DNA from: Longimicrobiales bacterium | Lineage (GTDB): Bacteria; Gemmatimonadota; Gemmatimonadetes; Longimicrobiales; Gaopeijiaceae | Assembly: GCA_965226375.1 (NCBI GenBank) | Contig: CBDDCX010000008.1 | Location: 1,664,001 to 1,728,000 of the forward strand | DNA length: 64,000 nt | Direction: 5' to 3' | Shown here: piece by piece, positions 30,232 through 40,060 of the stretch | Layout: each line of letters starts with the position of its first letter | Position numbering within the stretch: the first letter of the stretch is position 1 | Position numbers and translations under genes: made by a program | Notes under the pieces: model-generated | The model's database searches: none | Told to the model about the DNA's origin: nothing | Seen by the model: the letters and a program-made list of their open reading frames with translations, nothing else

Positions 30232-30663
30232 TCAGGCCCCTTCCTGGATGTACTGCCTCAGAGCCGCATTCTCGTCCTCGGCGCCGCGCCGAAAAGCGTT
30301 GACGACATCGCCGATCGTGACGATCCCGGCCAACCTACCCTCCTCGATAACGGGAAGGTGTCGGATCCGGTTCTCCGTCATGACCTCCATTACGTGAGCA
30401 AGGTCGTCGTCGGGCGTCAGTTTGATGACCTCGTGAGTCATCACCTCACCGACTTCTAGAGCTGCGAGCTTATCGGGTTTCGCCGCCGCGAGACGGAGGA
30501 TGTCACGTTCGGTGAGGATTCCGATGACCTTCTCGCCATCCACAACCACAACGCCACCGATGTTTCGGTCTACGAGAAGACGGACAGCTTGGAGGACACG
30601 GTCGCCTGCGGACGCGGTGACGACTTCATGCCCTTTGTGGCGGAGGATATCCTTGATCTTCAT
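30232..30663 (-). CDS. CBS-domain protein
   Basis: GILTERD, RIRHLPV, GIVTIGDVV. Confidence 0.92.
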   Translation of the reverse strand: MKIKDILRHKGHEVVTASAGDRVLQAVRLLVDRNIGGVVVVDGEKVIGILTERDILRLAAAKPDKLAALEVGEVMTHEVIKLTPDDDLAHVMEVMTENRIRHLPVIEEGRLAGIVTIGDVVNAFRRGAEDENAALRQYIQEGA

Positions 30664-31011
30664 ACCTACCTCCTGCTGACGGGTGCGATCACTTTCCAAT
30701 CTCGGGCGTGAAAGCGTGGCGCGCCAATGTCCACATCCGGCAGGGCCCACCTCTGTGGGTTCCCGCTCTCATCGTGACACGGGAGCGCCACCCATTCGCG
30801 TCACGGGAGCCCCACCGATCGACGCCTCGAGAAGGAGACTCCGAGACGGCCAAGACGCTTGCCGTCCATAGTCGAACTGGACAGGTTACGCACCGTCGGT
30901 GTCAACGTCGCGGAGATGCCGGCTCCACTCCTTTGTCCCGCCTGGGACACAGATCCGGAGGCCAACGCTCTCACCCCCCGACCAGGGTCCCAGGGAAGGT
31001 GTACATACCAC

Positions 31012-31392
31012 GTGGGTAAATACATTGCGCCCGGCCACGACGGCAATCGCCGGATGGCACTGTTGACGTTGACGATCGTCGTGCTGGCGGGGACCAGCGT
31101 GTGGCTGGCCAGTAACCGCCAAGTCGGTCCCGATCCCGCGCAGGAGGCGCTGCATTCGCCTCAGGAGGCGCTCACCCTGTGTCAGACAGCCATCAACTCC
31201 CGGTTCGCCTCCCAGAGCCCCACACTCCTGGGGCTCGGGGTGGAGTACCTCCAAGGTGGAGAGTACGAAATCCGAGGGACCCTCACGCTCCGAAACGGCT
31301 CGCGACGGATCCGAAACGAGGTGGTCTGTATCGCACAGTTCAGTGCGACCGAAGGGTGGGACGCCGAGGAGATTTCACTCGAACCGAGCTGA
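31012..31392 (+). CDS. Hypothetical single-TM protein with two cysteines
   Basis: RBS-like GGAAGG upstream, hydrophobic segment ALLTLTIVVLAGTSVWLA. Start uncertain. Confidence 0.5.
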   Translation: MGKYIAPGHDGNRRMALLTLTIVVLAGTSVWLASNRQVGPDPAQEALHSPQEALTLCQTAINSRFASQSPTLLGLGVEYLQGGEYEIRGTLTLRNGSRRIRNEVVCIAQFSATEGWDAEEISLEPS

Positions 31393-31402
31393 TCGGCCGT
31401 GT

Positions 31403-31846
31403 CTACTTGAAACGCTTCGAGGGAGCTTTGGCCTCGGGGTGTTTGAAGTGGTAGTAGTGCAATGATCCCACGTGTTCGATATGGACGTGGACTGTGGCTA
31501 TCGAAGGTTGATCCTTGTTGCTGACGCTGAAGGACATGAACGACACGCCCGGTGAGAGCACGAGGCCATCGGCAAACAGCGCGTCCTCGTCGGCGGGAAA
31601 AGCATACTTGGTCGTCGCATAACGCTCGATCTCGGCAACGGTGGTACGTATGTCGGACAGCACCGTCGAGTTGAACGCCCTCTGGCGCACCTCGTCGAAC
31701 TGGGGGATGGCGATGGTGGCGAGCAAGCCGATGATGACCGTCACGATCATGAGCTCGATCAGCGTGAAGCCGGCAAGGCTGTGAGCACGGCTCGTGCCTC
31801 GCGCCGTGTTGGACCAATAAAAGTGGCGAGTCGATCGAGTCTCCAT
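31403..31846 (-). CDS. Type IV pilin / prepilin-type protein
   Basis: G|FTLIELMIVTVIIGLLATIAIPQF class III signal peptide. Confidence 0.92.
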   Translation of the reverse strand: METRSTRHFYWSNTARGTSRAHSLAGFTLIELMIVTVIIGLLATIAIPQFDEVRQRAFNSTVLSDIRTTVAEIERYATTKYAFPADEDALFADGLVLSPGVSFMSFSVSNKDQPSIATVHVHIEHVGSLHYYHFKHPEAKAPSKRFK

Positions 31847-32021
31847 AGAGGTAATATACTCTGGAACGCCGCCTGTCGCCTGTTCTTTAGGCCAGCGCGG
31901 ACGGATGATGGCCGAGCCAGTTGACGCAAGGCGACGTTTCTGTGAGGTTACGGCGAATAAAGACATTGAGGGCAGGCCGGAAGCAGATGTACTGATGCGG
32001 GAGCCTCCATGGGCGGCCCGC

Positions 32022-32136
32022 ATTTTTCGTGGAAAGTACCACGGCCCAGCGCGGGGGTTAAGACCGCGAGTGAGTCAAGAAGTCGGAAGGTGCGGATCGT
32101 CCGAAACTCCGACCATGACCAACAAGATGGAGCAAG
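32022..32136 (+). promoter_or_regulatory. Structured leader of the first csp gene (shared with 38011..38124)
   Basis: Sequence blocks and stems conserved between the two csp paralogues. Confidence 0.6.
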
Positions 32137-32346
32137 ATGATGCGTACCAAAGGCACTGTGAAGTGGTTCAACGACCAAAAGGGCTTCGGCTTTATCACCC
32201 CGGAGGATGGCAGCAGAGACCTGTTCGTTCATCATTCGGCGATTCAGGCCGAGGGCTTCAAGTCTCTCGCCGAGGGCGAGAGCGTTGAGTTCGACGTGGT
32301 AGAGGGCCAGAAGGGCCCCGCCGCGGAGAACGTTCAGAAGCTCTAA
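32137..32346 (+). CDS. cspA: Cold-shock protein
   Basis: GTVKWFN, KGFGFI (RNP1), LFVHHSAI (RNP2). Confidence 0.95.
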   Translation: MMRTKGTVKWFNDQKGFGFITPEDGSRDLFVHHSAIQAEGFKSLAEGESVEFDVVEGQKGPAAENVQKL

Positions 32347-32378
32347 AGCCTCTAGGGCCGTATGGCCTATAGCAGGTA

Positions 32379-32417
32379 GCGGGCCACCCCGGGCATCGGG
32401 GTGGCCCGCTTTTTTTT
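32379..32417 (+). terminator. Rho-independent terminator
   Basis: GCGGGCCACCCCG / CGGGGTGGCCCGC followed by a T run. Confidence 0.9.
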
Positions 32418-32515
32418 CTCCGGCCGGTGTGCCCGGCCGCGGTTGCCGCCCAATCCCTTCTCGGACACGTTGGTCCCGTCCCGAAGAGCCCCTTGGCCGA
32501 CCTGAAATCAAACAG

Positions 32516-33496
32516 ATGGCTCACATTGAGAACCCCATACTCCCGTTCATTCGGTCCCAGGGCCAAATCGTGCTGGACGGGGGACTCGCCACGGCCTTGG
32601 AGGCACGTGGACATGACCTGAACAACGATCTCTGGTCCGCCAAGGTCTTGCTCGAGGATCCCCGGGCGATCCGCGAGGTGCACGGCGACTTTCTGACTGC
32701 CGGGGCCGACTGTATCACGACGGCCACGTATCAGGCCACCTTCTCCGGATTCGCGGCCAGGGGCCTGAGTGACGAGGCGGCGGGGGGGCTTCTGCTGCAG
32801 GCCGTCGACCTGGCCGTTGAGGCCCGTGACACGTTCTGGGCCGATCCCGCGAACCGACACGGTCGCCTGCGTCCGCTCGTGGCGGCCAGTGTCGGACCCT
32901 ACGGGGCGTTCCTCGCGGACCGATCCGAGTACGATGGAAAATACGGGCTCGACGCCGGCGAGCTGCGCGCATTCCACGAGAGACGCTGGCGGGTATTGGC
33001 CGACAGCCGAGCGGATCTATTGGCGTGCGAGACCCTGCCCTCTCGCCTGGAGGCGGAGGTACTCCTCAGCCTTCTCCGTGATACGCCAAACCGCTGGGCG
33101 TGGATGAGTTTCAGCTGCCGAGATGGAGCCCATCTGAATGATGGCACTCGACTCGAGCACGCCGCCGAACTGTGCGCCTCCGAGCTGCAGGTCGCCGCAA
33201 TCGGCGTCAACTGTACCGCGCCCGCTCACATTTCGTCGCTGATCGGGGAGATTCGTAAGGCCAGGCCGAAACCGATCATCGTCTATCCGAACTCGGGGGA
33301 GACGTACGACGCCAAGAACAAGGAGTGGGCCCCGTCCACAGCCGTCATCGGCTTTGCGACCCTTGTGGAGGAGTGGGCCGAGCTGGGGGCCACCGGGATA
33401 GGCGGATGCTGCCGCATTCAGCCCCCCGACATCGTGGAGGTAAGGACCAGACTCGTCCCGGGAGCAACGTCGGCGGATCGGGCTCACCATGACTGA
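32516..33496 (+). CDS. mmuM: Homocysteine S-methyltransferase
   Basis: LDGGLAT, LWSA, GPYGA, GVNC, YPNSGE, GGCC. Confidence 0.92.
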   Translation: MAHIENPILPFIRSQGQIVLDGGLATALEARGHDLNNDLWSAKVLLEDPRAIREVHGDFLTAGADCITTATYQATFSGFAARGLSDEAAGGLLLQAVDLAVEARDTFWADPANRHGRLRPLVAASVGPYGAFLADRSEYDGKYGLDAGELRAFHERRWRVLADSRADLLACETLPSRLEAEVLLSLLRDTPNRWAWMSFSCRDGAHLNDGTRLEHAAELCASELQVAAIGVNCTAPAHISSLIGEIRKARPKPIIVYPNSGETYDAKNKEWAPSTAVIGFATLVEEWAELGATGIGGCCRIQPPDIVEVRTRLVPGATSADRAHHD

Positions 33497-33953
33497 GTGC
33501 CTGCCGGGCATCTTCGTAGATGCAGACGCCTGTCCCGTAAAGGACGAAGTCTACCGGGTCGCCCAGCGGTATGGTATCGCAGTGAAGCTGGTCTCCAATT
33601 CCTGGCTGCGAACTCCCCGAGAGGACTGGCTCGAGTTGGTGATCGTGGACGGAGAGCTCGACGCCGCGGACGCCTGGATTGTCGAACACGTGTCGATGAA
33701 CGACATCGTGGTCACGGCCGACATCCCCCTGGCTGCGGAGTGTCTGAAGAAGGGGGCTCGTGTACTGGGCCCCCGGGGACGACCCTTTACGGAAGAGTCC
33801 ATCGGTGGCGCTCTGGCGACCAGAGAGCTCATGTCCCAACTCCGCGACATGGGCGAGGTGACCGGAGGACCCCCTCCGTTTGAAAAACGAGACCGCTCCC
33901 AGTTCCTCCAGGCCCTGGACCAGATGATTCAGGCGGTGCGTCGCGCAAAGTAG
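33489..33953 (+). CDS. YaiI/YqxD (UPF0178) family protein
   Basis: VDADACPVK, DAAD, VTADIPLA, TGGP. Confidence 0.92.
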   Translation: MTECLPGIFVDADACPVKDEVYRVAQRYGIAVKLVSNSWLRTPREDWLELVIVDGELDAADAWIVEHVSMNDIVVTADIPLAAECLKKGARVLGPRGRPFTEESIGGALATRELMSQLRDMGEVTGGPPPFEKRDRSQFLQALDQMIQAVRRAK

Positions 33954-34036
33954 GGGGATTACACGTCCGCGAACCGTAGAATACGGGGGCCAGAGGGGTC
34001 CCCGACGGGGAATCCGCGATACTGCGGGCCCCTCGC

Positions 34037-34202
34037 CTAGTGTCCTGTCCCAGAAATACGGTGCCGCACCGAGGGGACCGAAGCGCCGCCCTGGCAAGGC
34101 GAGACGACGAGGGATAGCACCGCTATCTTGAGGAGGAACAACGCCGCCAGGGTGGATGCAGCGGTTCCCGAATGCCGGCGTATTTCTGGGACACGACACT
34201 AG
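34037..34202. mobile_element. MITE (non-autonomous element) bounded by CTAG
   Basis: 24-nt inverted repeats CTAGTGTCCTGTCCCAGAAATACG / CGTATTTCTGGGACACGACACTAG (1 mismatch), no internal transposase. Confidence 0.8.
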
Positions 34203-36490
34203 ATCCGACTCAACCAGGTGAGCTTTACGATTGCCGCACGACTCTCCGGAATCCCGGGGATACCGCCCCCGGAACGCCCGTCCTGAAAGACGATGAACAG
34301 GTCGCTGGCCGGCCGATATTGGTACTCGATCCTCGCGCTCGTGGTGAGACGCTGATCCAGCGTGTTGTACTGGATGCGTAGGGTCGAGGACAAACGGGTG
34401 GAGAAGGCGTATCCAACCCCCAAGGACGCCACATCGGAGACGAACCGTCCCCCCGGGAGTTCCACGTCACTCCGCGTCAGACCGAGATCGAGCCTCGTAC
34501 CTGTGCCCGAGACGACACGAGTCGCGAGGGTCGCGGTCAGGATCCGGCCCTCGTATACGCGCTGACGAACCAGATGGGCGCTCCCGCTGATGCGGCGAGC
34601 CGGGCTCGTCGTCAGCATCAGACCCAGAGTTACGGATTCGTAGTCACCGGCGGATACCGGCACCCGGCCCCCCAACGCAAAGCCCTCATCGAGGCGAGTC
34701 CGCCCAGACTTGAAGTACGGCGTGACGTTCTCGCCGGAGTCCCAGGTGACGGAGAAGGCGGGCCCAGCTACCCAGTCCTGAAACTCACCGGTGGTGCGAG
34801 TCTGGTATTGCCCCACGATCATCAAGTCCGTGCGCCGGAGTCCCGCCACACGAGGTCTGGCGGTGAGCCTCAGCAGCCCATCGTTGCGACGGATGTCGGT
34901 GCGGGTGACGAAGCCCAAATCCGCTCGCACACCAGGTTCGATGTAGAGATGTTGCCCCGTGAAGCCCAATCTGGATTTCTGGTACCCCACGCCCAGACGA
35001 TACGCCGACGTCTCCCTGTTCTGGGAGGGATTATCGGTGCGCACGGCCATGCCCTGAATGTTCAAGCTGCCCGTGGGCCAGAGGGACCAGTCGACGCCGC
35101 CGGCGACGTTGGTAGTATCTGGTCCGGCGACCCGGGTGAGCATTGCGCCGAGGTATCCCGCTTTCCCCACGTCCCGCTTGAGCCGCGCCACCGTCTGGTT
35201 CATACGGGGACCGCCGAAGGCCCGATCGGTCACCGTATGGAGGAACCCCACGGTCTGACGCCCCGCGCGGCCCGACAGCCGCGGGCCACCGAGTAGGGGG
35301 ACCGGACCGTGATCCGACATGCCGATACGTCGAGAAAAGAAGAGCAGAAACGGGGGCGGCTCCGCACTCCCACGCACACCGAATTCGAAGACCCCGCTGT
35401 TCTCCAGGAAGAACTCCCTCTTCTCCGGCAAGAAGAGGTCGAACCGTGTGAGGTTCACCTGCTCGTCGTCCACCTCGGCCTGGGCGAAGTCCGCGTTCAC
35501 GGTGCCGTCGATGACAAGCCCGGGACGCACCTCGTACTTGAGGTCCAAACCCAGATCCATTTGGCCCGTGGTGCCCGTGCCACGCTCCGCGGATGTCGCG
35601 TCGACGCCGGAGCCGGGCCCATGCTTGACGTCGGATCCTCGATGACTCCCTTCCGCGAGCACATAAGGCTTGACGTCTACGCCCACGCCTCGGGGAGCGG
35701 CCACGGTAACACCCCGAAGATCTCCGGCCAGACTCACACGGACGAACCCTTCGCTCTCGGGTCGCCACGAGCGCCACAGGGCCTGCTCGTTCTTCCTCCG
35801 AATGGAGCGATAGACGTTGAATCCCAGCGTTCCGTCCGTCCCACCGGTCGATCGCAGAGTCCGGAGTGGAATGGCGAACTCCGCCGTCCACCCTTCGGCG
35901 TGACGTCGAGCCGACACGGCCCATACGGCGCGCCAGCTGATGTTGATATCGCGACCCTCGTCGCCAATGTGCGCGTCGAACTCCGCCCCGTTGGGATTCG
36001 TGGCGAAGACCACTGCGTTGCGGTGGTCGTGGAAGGGATCGATGAGCAGGGCGATGGCGTCGTCACCGGCGAAGTCGAGGCCACCGTTACCATCCGACTC
36101 CATCACCCGATCTCGCTGTAGGATTCGGCTGATGATCCGATCCGGATCCGTGTCGAAGGCTTCGACTCCGACGTAGAGGGTCGTGCTGTCGAAGACCACG
36201 CGAATGGTCGTGACCTCGGTGGCAGGGTGCCCCTCCTCGGGCTCCTCCTGTCGCAGATCACCGAATGGAAGAGCCGACCGCCACACCGGCTCCCCGAGGC
36301 TTCCGTCCACCCGGATCTCGGCTCCGCGGGGAACCCTGACGGCCAACGCCGCGTCGATGGTCGCATCGTGCGGCACAGGCGCCGTGAAGCGATCGGCCTG
36401 TTGCGCTTCGACTTCGACCGCAAGCTGTAACGGCGCCCACGCGCAGACGGCGATAAGAACCAGGGCCCGGCGGATCACCTTCAGAGTCAC
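34199..36490 (-). CDS. CBM9-like domain plus DUF5916 outer-membrane protein
   Basis: VDGSL.E.VW, GWTAEFAIP, NADFAQAEVD, NLTRFDLFLPEKREFFLE, FFSRRIG. Start approximate. Confidence 0.85.
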   Translation of the reverse strand: MTLKVIRRALVLIAVCAWAPLQLAVEVEAQQADRFTAPVPHDATIDAALAVRVPRGAEIRVDGSLGEPVWRSALPFGDLRQEEPEEGHPATEVTTIRVVFDSTTLYVGVEAFDTDPDRIISRILQRDRVMESDGNGGLDFAGDDAIALLIDPFHDHRNAVVFATNPNGAEFDAHIGDEGRDINISWRAVWAVSARRHAEGWTAEFAIPLRTLRSTGGTDGTLGFNVYRSIRRKNEQALWRSWRPESEGFVRVSLAGDLRGVTVAAPRGVGVDVKPYVLAEGSHRGSDVKHGPGSGVDATSAERGTGTTGQMDLGLDLKYEVRPGLVIDGTVNADFAQAEVDDEQVNLTRFDLFLPEKREFFLENSGVFEFGVRGSAEPPPFLLFFSRRIGMSDHGPVPLLGGPRLSGRAGRQTVGFLHTVTDRAFGGPRMNQTVARLKRDVGKAGYLGAMLTRVAGPDTTNVAGGVDWSLWPTGSLNIQGMAVRTDNPSQNRETSAYRLGVGYQKSRLGFTGQHLYIEPGVRADLGFVTRTDIRRNDGLLRLTARPRVAGLRRTDLMIVGQYQTRTTGEFQDWVAGPAFSVTWDSGENVTPYFKSGRTRLDEGFALGGRVPVSAGDYESVTLGLMLTTSPARRISGSAHLVRQRVYEGRILTATLATRVVSGTGTRLDLGLTRSDVELPGGRFVSDVASLGVGYAFSTRLSSTLRIQYNTLDQRLTTSARIEYQYRPASDLFIVFQDGRSGGGIPGIPESRAAIVKLTWLSRI

Positions 36491-36530
36491 CTGAGACCGG
36501 CTCCCGAAGCCAGCCGAACAGAGGCCGTGC

Positions 36531-37319
36531 TCAAGACGGGAACAGCTCGAGGAGGGAGGCTCGCCACTTCTGCTCCAGGGCACCGACATCCGCCTCGTCC
36601 GCTCCGTATGTGGACAACCATACGCTGGCGGAGCCTTCACAGAGCTGCGCCCTGAACAGGCCGTCGTTCCAGCCGTCTACGGTGCCCGAGAACTGCCACG
36701 GTGGCTGCCCAAAAGCCACGACCCCCTCGAGCATCTCGCCCGTTGCCGTTTGGATCCCGTACCTACCCCCACGGGTCAGACCCGCAAGGCCGCTGGATCC
36801 GAACCAACCACCCGCCTCGGTCATCCTTGTCCACGCCTCCTCGTCATCACAGCCGTATGCCGCATGCGCCGAAGCTACAATCCGACGCTGGCCCGGGTGG
36901 CGCTCCAGATAGTGGCGAAGGCCGTTGAGCTCGAAGTCCCAACCGCGACCCCAGGCCTCGTACATGTAGTCCCACTCCGCGTCCTTCCCGAAACCGGAAC
37001 TCACCACGCGGAGGACCGTGCCGCCGCCTTGGCCCTGGAGATAAAAGTCGGTGGCGATCTGGAGGGCCGCGCCTTTGCTAGGCCCCGTTCGGAGGTGCTC
37101 CTCGGGTTCCCAGACTTCGATGGGTGCGGTCTCGTCTCCGGCGTCCGACCAGCTCATCCAAACCGAGCCGCCGGCCCCTGGCACCACCCCCGCGTTCAGT
37201 GGGAACCACCTCGTGAGCGCCTTCCATACCCACGCCAACGGTGCCTCGATCTCGATCTCCCGCTCGACCGCGCGGATTTCCTGATCTTGCGAGCCTCCGA
37301 ATTGTTCCTCCGTACTCAT
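36531..37319 (-). CDS. SRPBCC/Aha1-domain protein
   Basis: EIEIEAP..VWKALT, TVLRVVSSGF, GW...L..LRHYLE. Confidence 0.8.
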   Translation of the reverse strand: MSTEEQFGGSQDQEIRAVEREIEIEAPLAWVWKALTRWFPLNAGVVPGAGGSVWMSWSDAGDETAPIEVWEPEEHLRTGPSKGAALQIATDFYLQGQGGGTVLRVVSSGFGKDAEWDYMYEAWGRGWDFELNGLRHYLERHPGQRRIVASAHAAYGCDDEEAWTRMTEAGGWFGSSGLAGLTRGGRYGIQTATGEMLEGVVAFGQPPWQFSGTVDGWNDGLFRAQLCEGSASVWLSTYGADEADVGALEQKWRASLLELFPS

Positions 37320-37933
37320 GAGTCCTCCTCCTGGAGATCGCTCCCTGCACCGTCTTCCGAGGGAGCCGGGTACGAACCGGCGATGACCCGGAACCGCCGA
37401 CCGTGGGGTTCATCTTCGTCGTGGTACTTGGAAACCAATCGTGCGACCGCCTGCGAGAGCTCGGTCGCGAACGCGTGCTGCTGCTCGGGTGAGGCGAAGC
37501 GGACGTCCGCTTGGAGCGTCAGTGTGGGCAGACGCTTTCCGCCCCCGCGGGCACGCTCGCGCTGCTCGGCAACCTCCCGGATAACCTGTGCCGCCACAGC
37601 CACCAGGTACGCGCTCGACGCCCGGTCTCGGATTGATGCGGGATCCACCGCCAGGTCGCCGAGAGTGGCAGGGCTGATCAGATAGGATCGGGCCACCGCT
37701 CGGACCAATCGCTCGGTACAGTTCCTCACCTTGCGCTCTCCAACCCGCTCGAGTAGCCCCTGTGCTTCCAACTGGCGGACGTGGTAGTTCAGCTTCTGAC
37801 GGGGTATCCCGAGTCGTCGAGCCAGGCCGGCCGCCGAGTCGGGCTCCCCCAACTCCGCCAGAATCTTGAGTCGCAATGGATGAAGAACCGATGCGGCACG
37901 ATCTCCATCCTCAATCACATGCACTGGGACCAC
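37316..37933 (-). CDS. ArsR-like HTH transcriptional regulator
   Basis: LHPLRLKILAEL, SAAGLARRLGIPRQKLNYHVRQLE. Confidence 0.85.
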   Translation of the reverse strand: MVPVHVIEDGDRAASVLHPLRLKILAELGEPDSAAGLARRLGIPRQKLNYHVRQLEAQGLLERVGERKVRNCTERLVRAVARSYLISPATLGDLAVDPASIRDRASSAYLVAVAAQVIREVAEQRERARGGGKRLPTLTLQADVRFASPEQQHAFATELSQAVARLVSKYHDEDEPHGRRFRVIAGSYPAPSEDGAGSDLQEEDS

Positions 37934-38010
37934 CGGGGGGGCAACGCAAAAGACTTGACCGGGAGCACGCGGGCAGGCACCGTTGGTTCACCCTCGACCC
38001 GACGTCGAGG

Positions 38011-38124
38011 ATTTTTCCGTGTCGCTACCGGCACGGCGCCCAGCGCGGGGGAGTTTCCGCGCGAGTCATGTAGTCGGGAGGTGCGGTTCATCCGGACTCC
38101 GACAGTGACCACCAAAGGAGCAGG
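38011..38124 (+). promoter_or_regulatory. Structured leader of the second csp gene
   Basis: Homologous to 32022..32136. Confidence 0.6.
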
Positions 38125-38337
38125 ATGATGCGTACCAGAGGGACAGTGAAGTGGTTCAACGATCAGAAGGGATTCGGATTTATCACGCCGGAGGACAACA
38201 GCAAGGATTGCTTTGTCCACCACTCCGCCATTCAGGCTGAGGGCTTCAAGACCCTTAACGAGGGCGACGTCGTCGAGTTCGAGATCGTTGAGGGGCAGAA
38301 GGGACCAGCCGCAGAGAACGTGGTGCGAGTCACCTGA
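38125..38337 (+). CDS. cspA: Cold-shock protein (second paralogue)
   Basis: [21 protein letters not shown]. Confidence 0.95.
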   Translation: MMRTRGTVKWFNDQKGFGFITPEDNSKDCFVHHSAIQAEGFKTLNEGDVVEFEIVEGQKGPAAENVVRVT

Positions 38338-38363
38338 CCTGTTCCTGAGCTGATAGAGGCTTC

Positions 38364-38404
38364 AGGGGCCGCTCCCGTCACATCGGGGCGGCCCCTTCTT
38401 TCTT
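38364..38404 (+). terminator. Rho-independent terminator
   Basis: AGGGGCCGC / GCGGCCCCT stem followed by TCTTTCTT. Confidence 0.8.
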
Positions 38405-38425
38405 GCCCGAGAACCGGATACGCCG

Positions 38426-39058
38426 ATGAGCGCCGATATTGTGCGCCACCCCACCCCTATCCTGATCCCCGGGATCTTCACCGGGGCCTACCTCTCGATA
38501 TCAGCGACCTCGGCCCTTCTCGGCGGCAACACAGAGTTCCTGCTCTACGTGGGCGTGATGCTGATCTTGATCGCAGCGGTGTGGGGGGTGCACCGCCGTG
38601 TAAACCTGGCCCTGGGGACGCTCTGGTGCCTGAGTTCGTGGGGGCTCCTACACATGCTCGGGGGGCTGGTCACCGTTCCCCAAGGTTGGCCCACGAATGG
38701 TGACTCGGGAGTTCTCTATACCCTGTGGCTGATCCCCGGTCGACTGAAATACGATCATGTAGTGCACGCCTTCGGCTTCGGCACCACGACGTGGGTGTGC
38801 TGGCAGGGCTTGAAGGCCATGGTACGGGCAGGTCGTGACCACGTGGAACCCAGCCTCGGTCTCATGATCCTGGCCATCGCCGCAGGCCTCGGATTCGGCT
38901 CCCTGAACGAAGTCGTGGAGTTCTTCGTGACACTCATGGTTCCCGAATCAAACGTGGGAGGATACGTCAACACGGGTTGGGACCTGGTGGCGAACCTGGT
39001 GGGAGCCACCGTCGCCGCCGTTCTGCTCTTCCGTTGCGATCGGCCAAGAACGACCTGA
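38426..39058 (+). CDS. DUF2238-like membrane protein
   Basis: HMLGG, YDHVVHAFGFG, LNEVVEF, GGYVNTGWDLVAN. Confidence 0.75.
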   Translation: MSADIVRHPTPILIPGIFTGAYLSISATSALLGGNTEFLLYVGVMLILIAAVWGVHRRVNLALGTLWCLSSWGLLHMLGGLVTVPQGWPTNGDSGVLYTLWLIPGRLKYDHVVHAFGFGTTTWVCWQGLKAMVRAGRDHVEPSLGLMILAIAAGLGFGSLNEVVEFFVTLMVPESNVGGYVNTGWDLVANLVGATVAAVLLFRCDRPRTT

Positions 39059-39155
39059 TCGGGCACCTACGTCGAGACGTCGAGGGACCTGGTGCGCCGA
39101 CGCGGGACCCGCACCAACCCCTGGGAGGTTAGGCAGGTCCCGCTCGGGCCTGAAA

Positions 39156-39962
39156 TCAGAAGTGATAGAACAGGGCCAATTTGACCTGGGCCTTCAGCTC
39201 CTGCTCACCGAGCGGGAAACTTCCCCCGACTCCCACGAAGAGAGATCTCTCAGCGAAGAGAGCCAGTTTTATCCCCGGTGAGAGACTGATGATGCCCTCC
39301 CCCGCCTCTTCGCCACTAAGACCACCGTGCCCGTTCAATTCGACAAGCCCCTGAACGCGGGGCGAAAAATGATAGAGCATCGAGAAATCGTAGGCGATCT
39401 CAGTCTCGATCTCCTCGTCATCCCTCTGGTTCGTCGGTATGCCGAAACGAGACCACGCGACGAGCTCCACGTTGCCTGTCTTGACTCCGATATTCAGGAA
39501 GGGCTCGAGTTCCCAGATGTGACCGTCTCCGATGCCCTTCGACGAGTCCCCGGTCGGGATGCCGACTTCGAGGCCGTAGCCGAGCAGAACCCCGCTGTTT
39601 TCGAACGCGAAGTTGGCGAACTTGAGCGCTACTTCTGCGCTCCCCAGGTTCGACTCGGAGGATCCTTCATCCGGGCTCGAGAAGCCGTATGGGACACCGA
39701 CCTCGACGCTGAACGAACGATGAAAGGGATACTCAACCTCGACCTCCAGCTCCGAGCCGGTTCCCTCGTCTTCCCACTCTCGACCGAAATCGAGCCTCAC
39801 TTTCCGGTCCGGGCTCACCGACTCCGTAAAGATCGGATGGGTAAAGTGAAGATCATGTTCATGGTCGATGTCGTTGTTTTGGCCTCGAAGCTGACCGGGA
39901 AGACCCACTAACAGCGCAACAAGGGGCCACGGCCCACAGTTCTTCACACAGTTACAGCGCAT
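39156..39962 (-). CDS. Outer-membrane beta-barrel protein with His-rich N-terminus (possible metal transporter)
   Basis: Signal peptide, HEHDLHFTHP, alternating beta strands, C-terminal ALFYHF. Confidence 0.65.
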   Translation of the reverse strand: MRCNCVKNCGPWPLVALLVGLPGQLRGQNNDIDHEHDLHFTHPIFTESVSPDRKVRLDFGREWEDEGTGSELEVEVEYPFHRSFSVEVGVPYGFSSPDEGSSESNLGSAEVALKFANFAFENSGVLLGYGLEVGIPTGDSSKGIGDGHIWELEPFLNIGVKTGNVELVAWSRFGIPTNQRDDEEIETEIAYDFSMLYHFSPRVQGLVELNGHGGLSGEEAGEGIISLSPGIKLALFAERSLFVGVGGSFPLGEQELKAQVKLALFYHF

Positions 39963-40060
39963 ACCACTCTCCTCGAAATAGCGTCGGGTTCAACACGGAG
40001 CACCCCCACGCGCGTCAGCGCGAGCGGTCGGGCGAGCCGAGTCGTCTCTTGGGGACTTAC

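Noticed and set aside
30779..30825. Imperfect 24-bp direct repeat ACGGGAGC.CCACC.AT.G
   Set aside because: Only two degenerate copies, so no function can be supported
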